A DNA stretch of 63,557 nt, filler included, from Pelomyxa schiedti (Eukaryota; Protista; Evosea): the NCBI GenBank assembly GCA_020536535.1. It is 6 parts of 6 records of this genome, joined end to end, with 100 filler letters (N's around TTAATTAATTAA, not from the genome) between each part and the next. Parts side by side here need not be neighbours in the genome. Positions count along the whole stretch, not along the records: positions 24,514 to 36,708 come from JAHLWZ010001219.1; positions 36,809 to 55,416 come from JAHLWZ010001115.1; 4 more parts are not named here. The stretch is one strand, 5' to 3'. The notes below the pieces were generated by a model that was given only the letters and a program-made list of their open reading frames with translations, was not told where the DNA came from and made no database searches. The position numbers were made by a program, and so were the translations under genes. Of this stretch, positions 25,343 to 38,002 are shown piece after piece (the stretch's first letter is position 1; every line of letters begins with the position of its first letter).

Positions 25343-28300
25343 TCACAAGAGCGTGCAGTCACCGTTTGAAGCTGGGGGTGGTGGTGGTATTGCCTTCACG
25401 GCATCTATCAGTTTTTGTATGGATCTTGAGTTCTGCCCTTGGAGTTGGTTTTGCATGGCGGTCATTGCGGCAAGCCTTTGGGTGTACTCCATTGATTGGA
25501 CTTCCAGCGCTTTGGACATCTTGGCATTGTTCTCCGTCAGTTCCTTGGTCATTGCCTCGAACTTGGCGAGCTGAGCCTCCCACTTATCTTCGGCAAGCCT
25601 GTGAACATCACTTGGAACAATTTCCACAATTGGGGCATCGAGAACGAAGTCCTTGATCTCTTGTGTAGGTTCATAGTACGCGTCATTTGCGTCATCAAGA
25701 CTTGCCACCTTTGGGAAGAAACCAATGTGTTTTGTGACAGGATGGCCACTCAGGATTGCCCCAACCAACATCTCCCTGTCAGATGGGTTGTTGAGTATTC
25801 TGGAGTGGGTTATCAGGGGGATTTTGTTGACGATGATGGAGTAATTCCCTTGAATCACTGGGCAGGCCTCATGAACAAGCGACATTGTCACTTGGTCGTC
25901 GGGACGAACGCGACCAGCCTCGAGGGTCATCACAAAAAATATCTTGAAGAGGCCACCAGCTTTCAGGGCGTCATGGATCTCCAGAGCGGCCTTCTTCCTG
26001 GATACCAAGTCAGAAAGCCCAGGGGTGTCCACCCAGATGTTTCCCAACGAGTCGGTAACCTTCTGGCACACCTGGGTCAGGCCATGCCCAAACGAAATGC
26101 CTGACAGGGGTCGGGGAACAAGGAGTTCAGGATTGTGCTCTTTCCAGTGCCTGGGTTTCCAATGAGAATGATTTGGATGGGCTTTACCGGTGTTGCAGCT
26201 GTGGTCTCAGAGTAAACTTGTAAATGAGTATTAGTGTGGATTGGCTGGGCACTAAAGCGTTGCTCAGCATAACACGAAATGTCACTAACTGTTTGTTGCC
26301 TCACCGGGAAGGTTTGGAACAAGTCAATTTCTTTCATGTGGCACGTTTGCTGGACACAACGGCTGCATTTCTCATCCTTGCTGGGTGACACATAGGGCTG
26401 TTGAATGGGAGGGTCCCTTCTATCACTGGAAATCTGTGGAAAAATCTTCGAAATTTTGGAAATCAGTGTTCCGATGGTCTGGAAGTTTTCTTTCGTGCTT
26501 AAAGTGTACAAAAGTGAGCGTCTCACGTTCAGTACTTCCTTAATGTGGTCAGGGTGGATGGAACTGTTCCCAAGAAAGTTGGATACAAAGAACACATCAC
26601 GGCCACGGTCAAACTGTGTGATATCCTCCAGTGTCCCAATCTGTGTGATGGCACTCGCCCCTGTCAGTTCACCACCCATATCGCAGGCAGGGGGGCACAG
26701 AAGGAGCCAGCGCATGTCGAGTGTAAGGGACTTCTTCAACCTCATAATCGATGAACATGAAACTTCAAGGAATCTCTGTGTTGAAATGTCTCCAGGGTTT
26801 GTGCAGTTCACAATGGCGACATCAGCAATTGTTGTGAGGAAGGTCACAAGCTCATTATCATAGTTCACCATGGGCTTGTCATCTGCTGCAAGTCCCTCAG
26901 TATCCAAGACCATGATGTGGTACTCACGGCCAACAGCTTTTGAGGTGGAAACTGAGTGGCTTGATGCTGAGTGTGAGAGGGGAGGGGCCGTCAGTGTCCT
27001 TTCGGCCCTTAGAATCTGCATTCTTATGCCTGGCGTGCGCTTTTCTGTGTTCGCCCAAAAGTTGCGGTTGAACATTGTGCTCAACAGAGTGGAGTTCCCA
27101 GCACCCATCGTTGTTGCAACAACAAAGACCGGCTTGTCACCCCCGCCGATGCACACGCCAATGTGATCAAACACCTTCCTTGTGCACTGGGTGTTGAAGC
27201 CAGAATGCTCATTTATTAGCTCATACGAGCATCCTTGGAAGACAAGCTCAGCCAACTTCTTGGTCAGAGCCCCAACGAGGCCATCCCCACCCAGTCCAGT
27301 CTCAAGGAATGCTTCACAGAAGTAAGTAATCTCCTTGAGGAGATTACTCCAGTTCACACTGAAATCGGCTTCCTCCCTGTGGCACACCTGGTCCAGGCAG
27401 TCCAGAAACAGCTTCAGCATGTCGGTTTTCAGCACTATGACGGATGATATGAAGGCCTGAATGGCTGGATGAAGTGGCTCCAGTAGCTGAGGCTTGATTG
27501 CGTTTTTCAGTGCTGCCTGCCTGGAGCAGCTTGTACCTTGGTTCCCGTGGCGGGAACTGAGAATCTTCCTTGCCAGTGGGGTGAGCTCCTCGTGGAACGG
27601 GCCCTTTGCCTTTCTGTCGTTGTCAGGGGCGCTCAGTGGTGCAGCACCATCGGGCTCTTCACAACCCATCAGAGAGACCACAGCCTTCGCCACCTTGAAT
27701 GCCTCCTTGATGAAGGGGTGCTCAAGATCGGAATGTGTGCAGTTTGTGCCAACTCTTTTCTTCAGCGTTTGCCATGAGTGGCCTTGTGTGGCATTGAGTG
27801 TCGAGATGGCACGCCCCACCTCATCCGTTATCCATGCCGACACAGTGGACTTCTTAGAAGCCAAGCCCATACTGTCTCCTTCTTCTCCTTCAAGGTGTCG
27901 GACATGGAAATTCGTGGGGTGCTCCGCATGAAACGCGTCGATTTCCTCCCGTTGGGTATTCTCCCCTGCAACGATGCAGAAGGCGACGTGGCTGGGGTTG
28001 GCAGCAAGGAACGCAGTGAACCGAGCCCTCGCCTGTGCTGTCCAGGTGGTAATGACGACGAGGAAGTCGCACTGTGACCACATGAAGCTCTCGTTTGTTG
28101 TTGACTTGCACCCAGGGCGCATGTTCGCAATGATGGTGTTGAAGTTGAAGGCCTCAGACCTTTCACGTGTGCATGTTGTCTGTATCTCGATGCACCCTTG
28201 GCTGTGCTTGAGGTTGCCTGGAACTTCGGAGAATATTTCCGTCTCGAAGAAAGTGGCGTTGATCAGCCGCTCCTTGAACGTGTTGGCGATACTGCACTCG

Positions 28301-31300
28301 TCAGTTTGGAGGAACCCAACAAGAGGGGCGTGCATCCTGGACAGCGAGCAGGAGACCACACGCCCAGCCTCAACCCACATCTTTTGTACCTGACCAAGGT
28401 TGTAGAGAAGGACGCTGCCATCAGCAAGCATGAATGGGAGTGGTTGGTGACAGAGGTCGATGTTGTTGAAGAAGAGTGTCTTCAGGTCGTACGGCGAACT
28501 CTGAATGACGCAATGCAGGATGTCAACGGGGTGGAGGAGTGGGGTGGAGGAACCTGCGCCATGCTCAACGGGTACGTTCAATTGGTTGTAGTTGGACATC
28601 TTGAAAATCAGCCGGTGGAGGAAGTGTATGATGTAGTTGTCGCGCGTCGGTGCGCTGGTCACAACCGAGCAACCAAAGGCCCCCTGGAGACCACCAAGTG
28701 GGTCCTCCCTCACGACGAGGAGCTTGTCCCAGCTGAGTTCCGTCACGCCCTGTTCCACAAACTCCGGGATGGTGGGAAGGATGTTGTGCTCTGGAAGGAG
28801 TTCAGGCCCCTGGAGCCACGGCGCCAGATGGCGGCAATGCTCGGCCAGCCTCCCATTGAACAACGAGACGAACTCTTGCACTTTTTCCTTGGAGTTTGCA
28901 AGATCCGGCTGGAGAAGAAACTCCCACATCAGAAGAAGGAAGGTGATACCGCCGTCTTCTTCCTTCTCCTTATCTTTCCATTTCTCAGCCTCCCCTTCTC
29001 GCCACTGCAAAAACTTCCCAACTACATGATGGAAAAGCTGCAAACTGTTGTGATGTGCTGGCAGCCCCTCTGAGGCCGTCGAGGCGAAAGATAAGAATTC
29101 TGAAAGTTGTTTTTCCCTTCTGGCCTGGCAGTCACGCTTGTGTTGCCTCATCGTGCTTCTGGAAAAAGATTGCACACAATGGAAGCAGGTGACAAGTGCA
29201 GATGGGCATCTTGTTGAGTGATCGCTCCGCTTCCTTGAGGCTGAGTAATTGCTGTTTGGTGGCAGCTTGCTCCGGCAGTCTTCGCAGAACACTGGAACAG
29301 AAACGCATTCACTGCTCTCGTGCGTAGCTATTGCCTCCACCGCGATCTGCCTGTTGCAATATACGCACTGCGTGAGTGGGCTGCAGTAATGCTTTGCTGC
29401 GGTCTCAAAGGTTCTTTGACAGTTGGAGCAGAACCTCTCCAAGCTGCAGTTGTGTGGCAGCTCCTTCAAGTAATTGCATTTCTCGCAAAGCTCGAGACGT
29501 GCACCCTCTCCACGGCAGCTTTTAAGGTGAGAAACCAAAGCTCGCCTCCGTATTTGCTCCCCACAGCTGGGGCATTTAAAGTTGCCATGGCATGAAAGGT
29601 TCTGATGTTCCTGAATTTTCGCAGCATCAATTTCGGTGTGACAGAAAATGCACACCAACAAGTGTGTTGGTCTCTTGCTGCACGCCTCGGCCATGTGCCG
29701 TTCTTTGTCAATAATTCTCACTTTTTCTCCACATTCAGGGCATTCAACTTCAGCCAGCTGAATGCACTGCTTCAAATGACTGGGTAAACCACTTGATGGT
29801 GCTCTTTGCCCACAGTGTGGACAAACGATGCATGCGGTTGGGGTGGGTAAAAGCAGTGGATCCATCAAATCAGTCTCTGGAAGAGTGTGAAATGCCTCTT
29901 CATCAACTCTTTCAGGCAGTTTCACTTTTATCTCTTGTATCAAGGAAGAAAGCTTTGCAGCGCGTTCACACATCACTATTCTATACTCATCTGATAGTTT
30001 CACGTGAATCGGCACCAGGGGGTTGTTCGGTAGTGTGAATCCCACCTGGAAATCTGGTTTTCTGCATTCCTGGCCATACGTGGACTTGCCGTCGCCAGCA
30101 CGGTGCTCAAGTTCAGCATCAGGCAAGTGCTCCTCGGCTTTGCCACCACAAAGTAAAAGCTGAACCAACTGCCAGAAATAAGTTAAAAGTTGAGGGGGTT
30201 GGGGACCACACCTTCTTGCACAGGTCATAGAGTAAATTCTTAAAGTTGACGCGAATGGAGCCCCTCATGCACATGCCAAATAGACCGACGTCGAAGCACG
30301 CATCCACGCCGATCATGGAAAAATCGTTGCCACCAGCAGATAACCACCCATCAACACATAGTGACCTCACATCCAGCACGTCAGGAGTGAGCTGTTGCAG
30401 CATCGATGTGATCAGGTCATAACCCTTTGAAATCGTAGTTTCCACGGACTCTGCCATACAAACGGTAAGCAAAATAAGATCCCTGATGCCTCTTGGAAGT
30501 GCATTGCAGCCAGGGGCCCCTGGAGAAACAATATCATTGGCCCGTTTTAGCGCCTCATCGCACACGTCAAAAATTCCACCAACACATTTCTTTAAGCCAC
30601 CAAGAATAACTGTTGCAACACTGCCCGTGGAGGAAACGTTTCCTAAAAGAACTCTGAGGCATGGGAGTTTAGTTTCCCAAGTGGCTTCCATGTGGCCGCG
30701 CAGAACAATTTCGTTGTCTTGCGCCTCATATGAAGAGTTCACTGCCTTGACGGTGTTTTCTTCAGTATTTGCGGTGCCACGCAGGGCCAGGCCGGCGCTG
30801 ATCTTCATGCTCGCACCAGACCCCTTCCTGGCTTCGAAGTCGATCTGATGTCTCAGCCGAACCGCGTTAATGGTCGGAAGAAGCTGCAGGTCCTCGATCC
30901 AATCAAAGTATGCCTTTCCTATCACAGTGTCCACATATAGGTCAAGGCTGGTTTTCCCCATGGTTCCTTCTCCAGCTTCAAACCAGGCAACTTGTCCCAC
31001 GCGACATCTGATCCCTTTTGGAAAGACCAGGTGGATCTGCAGACGCGAGGGAGCACCAGCAGAGAAAGAGCAATACATGAGAACACTGGCATCTATTCCG
31101 AGCCATGACAAATGCCCAGCAATCGCAATGCACTTCTCTTCACCATCCACCAAGGGGAAGTCAGCCCTCCCGGTTTTCTCCTTGACCAGATCCACAAGAG
31201 GGCTGCTGTCTATTGGTTTGCCATCGAACTTGGGCCTACCGTCCATGGAACCCTCTCTGGAGTGACTCAACGAGGGGATTGATCCCAGATTGTGGCCGTC

Positions 31301-34300
31301 CATTTTGAAGAGAAGCTGAAGATCCGTCACATCAGGGAAAACTTGGTCAAGGAAGGCCACATCCTTGTGGCTGCATCCGGTGACGAGCCGAACGAGCGAT
31401 CCCATTGTGATCCGTTGGCATGAGAGGTAACCCGTGGATATCGTCGGGATCCCGCCACTTCCCACCACCACGTGCAGGGCAGCCTCCATTTCTGGTTGTT
31501 GGCCGTCAGTCCACACTGCCCGAACATCACAGCCAAGTGTGAATGACTGCACCCTGGATGAGATTTCAACCTCGCCTCGAAGTCCGTGTGCGGCCAGACA
31601 TTTAAATTGTGGCAAAGAAAAGGGCAAGGGGATCTCGGTTGCAGGATGACCATCAAAGTCCAGCGAAACTGAAGCCAAGAGATGGGCTGATCTCTCCACC
31701 TCCATGGTTGCTCTCAATGGCAAACCCCAAGCAAAGTGAAAAGTGGTCTGGCCTGTGAAGCTCGTGGAGTTAATTTTGAAAGTCGTTTCGTCGGTCCCAG
31801 GCTGAAGCCCCACACCCGCGAACAGCTCAAAGCCGGCAAATTTACAAAGCAGGTATGGCTCACCGTCTGAGAACACATACTTGGCCGAAACGGGTCTCGC
31901 CTGACAGTCAAATAAAGAGTAAGTGTCCTCGGCCAGGGAGGAAACGTCGATCTTGACACAGAAAGAGGAAGCTGCATCGCTGAGCAGCAGCCGCGAGATT
32001 TTTCGGGACTGGGAAGGGGAAAGGGAACAGATGTCACTTGATGTCTGACTGCTCTTGGTGAAGGGGCACCTCTCGATGCTGCCAGGGGATGCCTCGGCAC
32101 TGCTGTACAGCCACTCAAGCGACGTTGTTGATGCGTCGGCGGGCAGCTTTCCTTCCAGACAGAGCTCCTCCATCATTGAGGAGAGGTACAGGTTCTCGAG
32201 TTCGACTGCCATGGCAGTCTTGGTTGCGTGGTGCACGATGCACCCTTGGCAGTTATTCGCATCAGACCCTCCATCTTCGGTTGACACCTGAAGGTTGAGG
32301 GCCAAAGCGAAGGAGCTTGATGCGTCGTCGCTGGCACCATCCTGCCCCCGCGGCAGGAGCAAAAATAATTTATAGTCCTGAAGGACAAACTGTTCCAGCA
32401 GCTGTTTGGCCAAATCGGAGACAGGGACACTCATACTGCACAGAACGGTGCACAGGTCGACGGAACCGCCAGCGTTGCTACGCCTGTCAGCTTCTTGCGT
32501 CGCAGATGAAACCGCTGCACTTGCAAGTGGCACCTGTGCCTTGCGCATTGTGATGAATTCGCTGCCTGTGTCCTTGCCGCCGAGAGTGAACTGACAGTCG
32601 ATGCGCAGGGGGAGACCAAAGAGGCACAAATCCTCAACATGGACAGTGCAACTCTCAGGCTCCCACCTGTAACTTCTTGCACCCAGACCGAAGTCAACTT
32701 CGCATTGGAAGACAGTTTCTTCTTGGATGGCAGATCGCAGCAAATCATGCTGGCTGATCAGCACCAACAATCTCATGGCTGCACTCAGTCCAAGGTTGCC
32801 TCTGACAGTTGACAGGCCGCGCTTGGTCACAGTAATTTCTGTGTGATAAACTGCTCCACCAGGTTCTCCAGGCTGTTCCACGAGTTGCACTCGAACCTTT
32901 GACCTACAATCTTCAGAGAAAGGGGCAGAGAGCTCCAACTTCTCCAAGTGGGCACTGACTGCATCCCCGTAACTGCAGCTGGCGCAAGTCCACATGACGG
33001 AGAGGTCAGAAAGGGTGGTGACAGCGCCAAACAGGCTGGTGCCCAAAAACCAAAGTACATCACCTGGTACAAGTGAAACCAACCTGTGCCTGGTTGCTTC
33101 ATCAAGGTCGTAGTCCTGCAGGGTAAGCCTCCATGACTTCCGGCTTCCTTCGTCGGATATACATTCCATCCTGCAGTTCTCCTTGAGGTGCAGTTCCTTG
33201 CGAATTGTCTCTCCAATTGATGTCATCGGTGCCGCTGTGGCGGCGGCTGTTGGACCTTCTTGGCTCCCTGTGCCATCAGCTCCTGTAACAGGGGCTTCCC
33301 TGTCACCCGTTGAATGTGAACTGTGCCCTTGATTGCTGTCGCATGGTTCCTTTCGCATCCCATCTTGTTGCTGTTTGTCCACTGAGGTTTTGCCGCCAAC
33401 ATCCTTGTGAACATGGTTTCCATGGGGTGCATTATCATGCTGCATCGAACTGGAACTTGTTAAAGCAGGAATTCCTGCATTACTTGCAATATTAGACGAA
33501 CCTCGCTCTGCCACATTCACCCTGTTTCTTTCTGTGTGATGTGGTGGTGTCTGGTTCTCTGGGGTGGTGGGTGGTGAAACCAAGGTTGCCCTGTCCCCGT
33601 GGCCAAAGAGGTGCGTGGTTGGAAACATATAAAGAGGTTCAGGTGGTAACGGCAGCCAAGATGTTTCCTCTGAACAGTTTTCCGTGGACTTGTAAAAGTA
33701 AATCTTGCCTGTTGTACCTTGTTCATGTACCAGTTGCACTGTAACTGTGTAAGGGTTTGCATCCTCCTCTGATTTGTTGACAGGTGGCTCGCGTTGCTGT
33801 GGATGCCATATCAAACACATAACGCGGTTCTTGGTGGAGGCACCAACACCACCACCCCTGGAATGAGAAAAATCAACCTGGATCTCGAAAAAGCCATCTC
33901 GACAAGTGTTGAAACCCATATCAGCCAGAAACACTTGTGGTGGTGCCCAGCTTTGAACTGTTCTACCATTGTCGCGAAGGTTAACTGTCTCAAGAATGTC
34001 AGATGGCACAACCCAGTGGCAGTCAAGGCAAACCCAGGGAAGAGGTGAAGATGTTGCAGAAGAAGAACTTAAACTCACTGGATTTTCCGTTATGGCCACT
34101 TGTTGGCTCACTTCTGGTGGCACCCCCTGGTTTGGTGCTGCAGAACCCAAACCCAAAACACCGAATGGAGAGGGAGCTGCAGAAATGGCACCATTGGATG
34201 GCCCACTGCTTGCAGTTGCAGCATACTGTGGCGAAGGTGGATTGGTGGAGATCGAAATCCACCGTGCAGAAGACATGTACACCCTCCCATTCAACGTGTT

Positions 34301-36263
34301 TGCAGGGTTTGAGACCAACCTTCGCCCCATCAGGGCACTCAAGGATGAGCAGCTGCGAAATCTTCCAGAGGCGTCAAAGCACTTTGATTTCATTTGGGCC
34401 AGATGCATGTTCCAGGTTTCTTCTCCCACTTGGCACGTTGCCCAGGAATAAGCTGCCTCACCCCTTTTTTCCAGCAATGCTGCACAGCGGTGAAATGGTT
34501 TCCTTTTAAATTTGAGAGGAGGCCTGTTAATACTGAGAGGAATGGTGCCCAAAACTTCATCGTTGGATGGGTCTTCCACCCAAGCCCCACAAGGCAGAAT
34601 ATAGAGGTCATCTTCATGTTGAATCAGCACATCACACAGAAACACGACCTCCTTTCCACATGATGTTCCTGTGAAAAGGGCGACTCTGTTGTGAGGCAAA
34701 GAGCGTGGCTGGGCATAACACAAAATTTTGTTGACTGTTTGGTGATTCTTCACCTCGAAAGGTTGGCATGGATCACCTGAGGCCTTCATGAGGCATGTTT
34801 GGTTGACACAATAACTGCAGTCCTCATCCTTGCTGGTGGAGCTTTGCTCATTTCTTGGTTTTTTGCACTGCTTGTCTCCTGAGACTTTCTTGGTCTTGAA
34901 CTGGTGAGACCTTTTTCGGGAGGGATTTTGTTCTGGCCTTGCTTCTGGGAGGTGACTGTATTGCGGAGCTGTTGGGGGAGCAGTGGGTGAAGCCAGGGGA
35001 GGAAGTGGAGTGGAACCTTGCCATGGTGTTGCGACATACTGCTGGGTAAACTGTTGTGTTTGCTGTGGATAGATTGAAGAATTTCTGGGTGTGTTGATCG
35101 GTTGTGTGGGAATGTTTTGTTGAGGAGGATAAATAGGTGCAGGACCATATTGGGCACTGGTCATCGCTGTGTATGCAGTTTGTGATGTGTGGTAAAGCTG
35201 GTCAGAGGATGTATAAGTCTGACTTTGAGTAGCTGGGTTGGTGTCTGGGTGTTGGGGGGGGTAGGATGGATACTGTGGTGCATAGGGAGGACTTGCCGCG
35301 TGCGTGAGTGAGGATTGTGGTTGGAACCAGGTATCTTGTTGTGTCAAATACTGCTGCTGATGTGTGGGTGAGGGTCCATATGGCCTGACTACACTGGGTT
35401 GCATCTCAGGGTATTGTGTTAGATACTGACTGGTTGGTGGAGGAGGAGCACTATTGCCTGTTGTGCGAACTACATCCCTGTATGGAGACTGTGTAAGTAC
35501 CACTGGGTTTGAGGGCAACTGTGGTTGTGGTCCTCCTGTCACTCTCGGCGGCATTTGGATACTGTCCACCTCGGGTTGTACCAGTGGTGACATTATCTGT
35601 GCCTGAGAGGGAACATGTGATTGGGCTGAAACTTGTTGAATTTGAGTGACGTGGTGCTGTGTAAACTGCTGTATTTGCTGTGGATAGATTGAAGAATTAC
35701 TGGGTGCGTTGGTTGGTTGTATGGGAACTTTTTGTTGAGGGGGATCAATGGGTGGAGGACCACACCAGGCGCTTGCCGTTGTTGTGTGTGCAGTTTGTGA
35801 TGTGTTGTAAAGCTGGTCAGAGGATGTATAAGTCTTAGTTTGGTGAGCTAGGCTGGGGTATGGTTGTTGTTGTGGCAGGTTTGAGGGCAATAGGGCAGGG
35901 TGAGTGACAGGGGGAATGGCAGTGCACGTGGAAGTGGCAGCACCCGGGGCAGTTTCGGGTAGGAGAGAATACAACGGGGGTGCAACTGGAAAAGGAGTAA
36001 ACTGGTAACCCAATTGTAGGGGCACCTGTCGTCCACAGCACGTTGGAGCTGAAGAAGAGGGGTCTTGTGGTTGCGAGTGAGTAACCTCATTCCCTGTGCC
36101 GTTTGAGCTTCGAGGCAGTATGGAACTTGCTGCTTGTAAGTACTCTTGCAACACCTCACGATTTTGTCTGCTTGTGAATGGTCAAAAAGAAAAAACAGTT
36201 TCGTGGGAAACGAAAAAAAAAAAAGAAAAAAACAAAGGGGTGGAAATACTGCCAGGACGACAT
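25343..36263 (-). CDS. Giant multidomain GTPase (~3,600 aa): P/Q-rich, Cys module, SPRY-like, beta-rich, TRAF-like Zn fingers, VLIG/URGCP region, AIG1-like GTPase, coiled coil, CaaX
   Basis: ATG at 36263. GT-AG introns at 36249-36168 and 30211-30169 join the ORFs in frame. VLIG motifs LHPVDIL, GCIEI and VLDTEGL...DNELVTF. AIG1-like motifs GNPGTGKST, DTPG and IVNK. One frameshift near 26105. Ends CTLL*. Confidence 0.8.
35040..35835 (-). repeat. ~190-bp internal coding duplication (35040-35225 / 35650-35835)
   Basis: TYTSSDQLYxTSQTA...NSSIYPQQxQQFTQ occurs twice. Confidence 0.9.
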
Positions 36264-38002
36264 GTGCTTCCGATGAGGAGCTCAAACACACCAATGTGCT
36301 TCCCAGAAAATTGGCTAATAAAAAAAACACGGACCGTCGCGTTCAGAGTTTAGGTTTTGTGTTGTTGTACACAACGAATTCAAAGAACAAACGGACTGCC
36401 GAGTGAATTTTATATCAAATTTTATTTCTGCTGCATCTTTTCAGAAGATGGGTAAATAAAAAAAACACCAGACCATCGCGTTTCTAAAGTTTAGGTTTTT
36501 TTGCTAATCACAACAGATTCGATTAGATCCGTGCACATCGAATTCAAAGAATAAGAGGTGATCGAATCGATTACGGACGTAACAGCCACAACTCAGCGCG
36601 GACATGGAACGTTTTCACACACAAGTGAAGGAGTGTCTCGCACAAAACATCAACCAAGGAATGCAATCTTTTTCGCTGCAGCAGGGGTCTCAACGTCGGA
36701 AGACGTTGNNNNNNNNNNNNNNNNNNNNNNNNNNNNNNNNNNNNNNNNNNNNTTAATTAATTAANNNNNNNNNNNNNNNNNNNNNNNNNNNNNNNNNNNN
36801 NNNNNNNNCTGAGTCATCACTTACCAAGTTCGGAAATCAAGTTCACAGAAAGATCATCGAGATACCCAAGACCTTTCCCTTGACTTTGGAATCCTTTATA
36901 AACACACACCGAGTCACTTCATTTCTACACAAATATACGAAAACACAAATACAAAATCCCAACACAAATACCTACACCCAAATGTATCCATCCATTCCAA
37001 GATGAATAAAATACTTTGTGCCTCTTTGTTCTCCTTTGGTGCAGTTTCCTTCCCACCCACTGAAGGAAACAGAGGGCTTGTGAGGAGGGAAGGAAGAAGA
37101 GCACTGACATTGCTGATATTACCGCGAAGCACCAGAATCTCATGACAAGATCGCTGCGGAACTGTGGAAGTTCAAGGAAGCTACCAAAGGCAAGAATTCA
37201 GCTGTAATACTCTGATGCATATATTACTGCTAGAAATTGTCCTAATGGACAACCGCCTCAAGTGGACATGGTAACAACCACTATACTCTGTGCATTACCC
37301 ATCTGTAAGAACCTGGTACCTTATAATCGATACAATTTCAGGTATTGCTCTTTCACTACTCTTACTCTTTTTTTTCGAGTCGGCTCACTAGAAAAAACTT
37401 CCTCACCACCCAGTGTACTAAATTCTATTCCTGCTGGGACTGGTATATGTTGGTATTTGTGTCAGCCGGTAAATAAACCCTGATTTGAACAGTGTCCACC
37501 TTGTGGAATTCCGGTGGCCATTTCCGGTTCTAATATTTACACCAAATAATAATTTTAATTAAACAATTTTGGTTCGGCTTAAGAGTGCGCGACTTTTCTT
37601 GTGTGGTGGTGCGGTGTTCTGCGGCTAACATCATTCGGTGACGCCATCGTGGATTTCGCTGCTGTCTCGGCGCGATCCTTGATGTAGGTGCCGACGTGAT
37701 CAAGTTGTGGATTCCATTCTCGCACATTAGCTTCGCGGCCATCATGTTGATCATCTAAAGTTCTATTTCTATCCAGACCACTAACACCATTATTCCAGAT
37801 TTGGAAGGGCAGCCCTGGCAACTTGTGGAAGGTGACACTATTTGTTGAAGAATTTTTGTTCCCCAAACCTTTGAAGACTGGTAATGTGGTGCTCAATTGT
37901 TCGACTTGAAAGGAAGCAGAGCAGGTGGGATGGGAGGAGCAGCAGCAGTCCAGTTCAGTTCATTTCGACTCGGAAAAAACCAACATTCGCTTCAAAAGCC
38001 AA

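Noticed and set aside
30119-30228. Programmed frameshift between the 2011-aa and 1383-aa ORFs
   Set aside because: A 43-nt GT-AG intron explains the junction.
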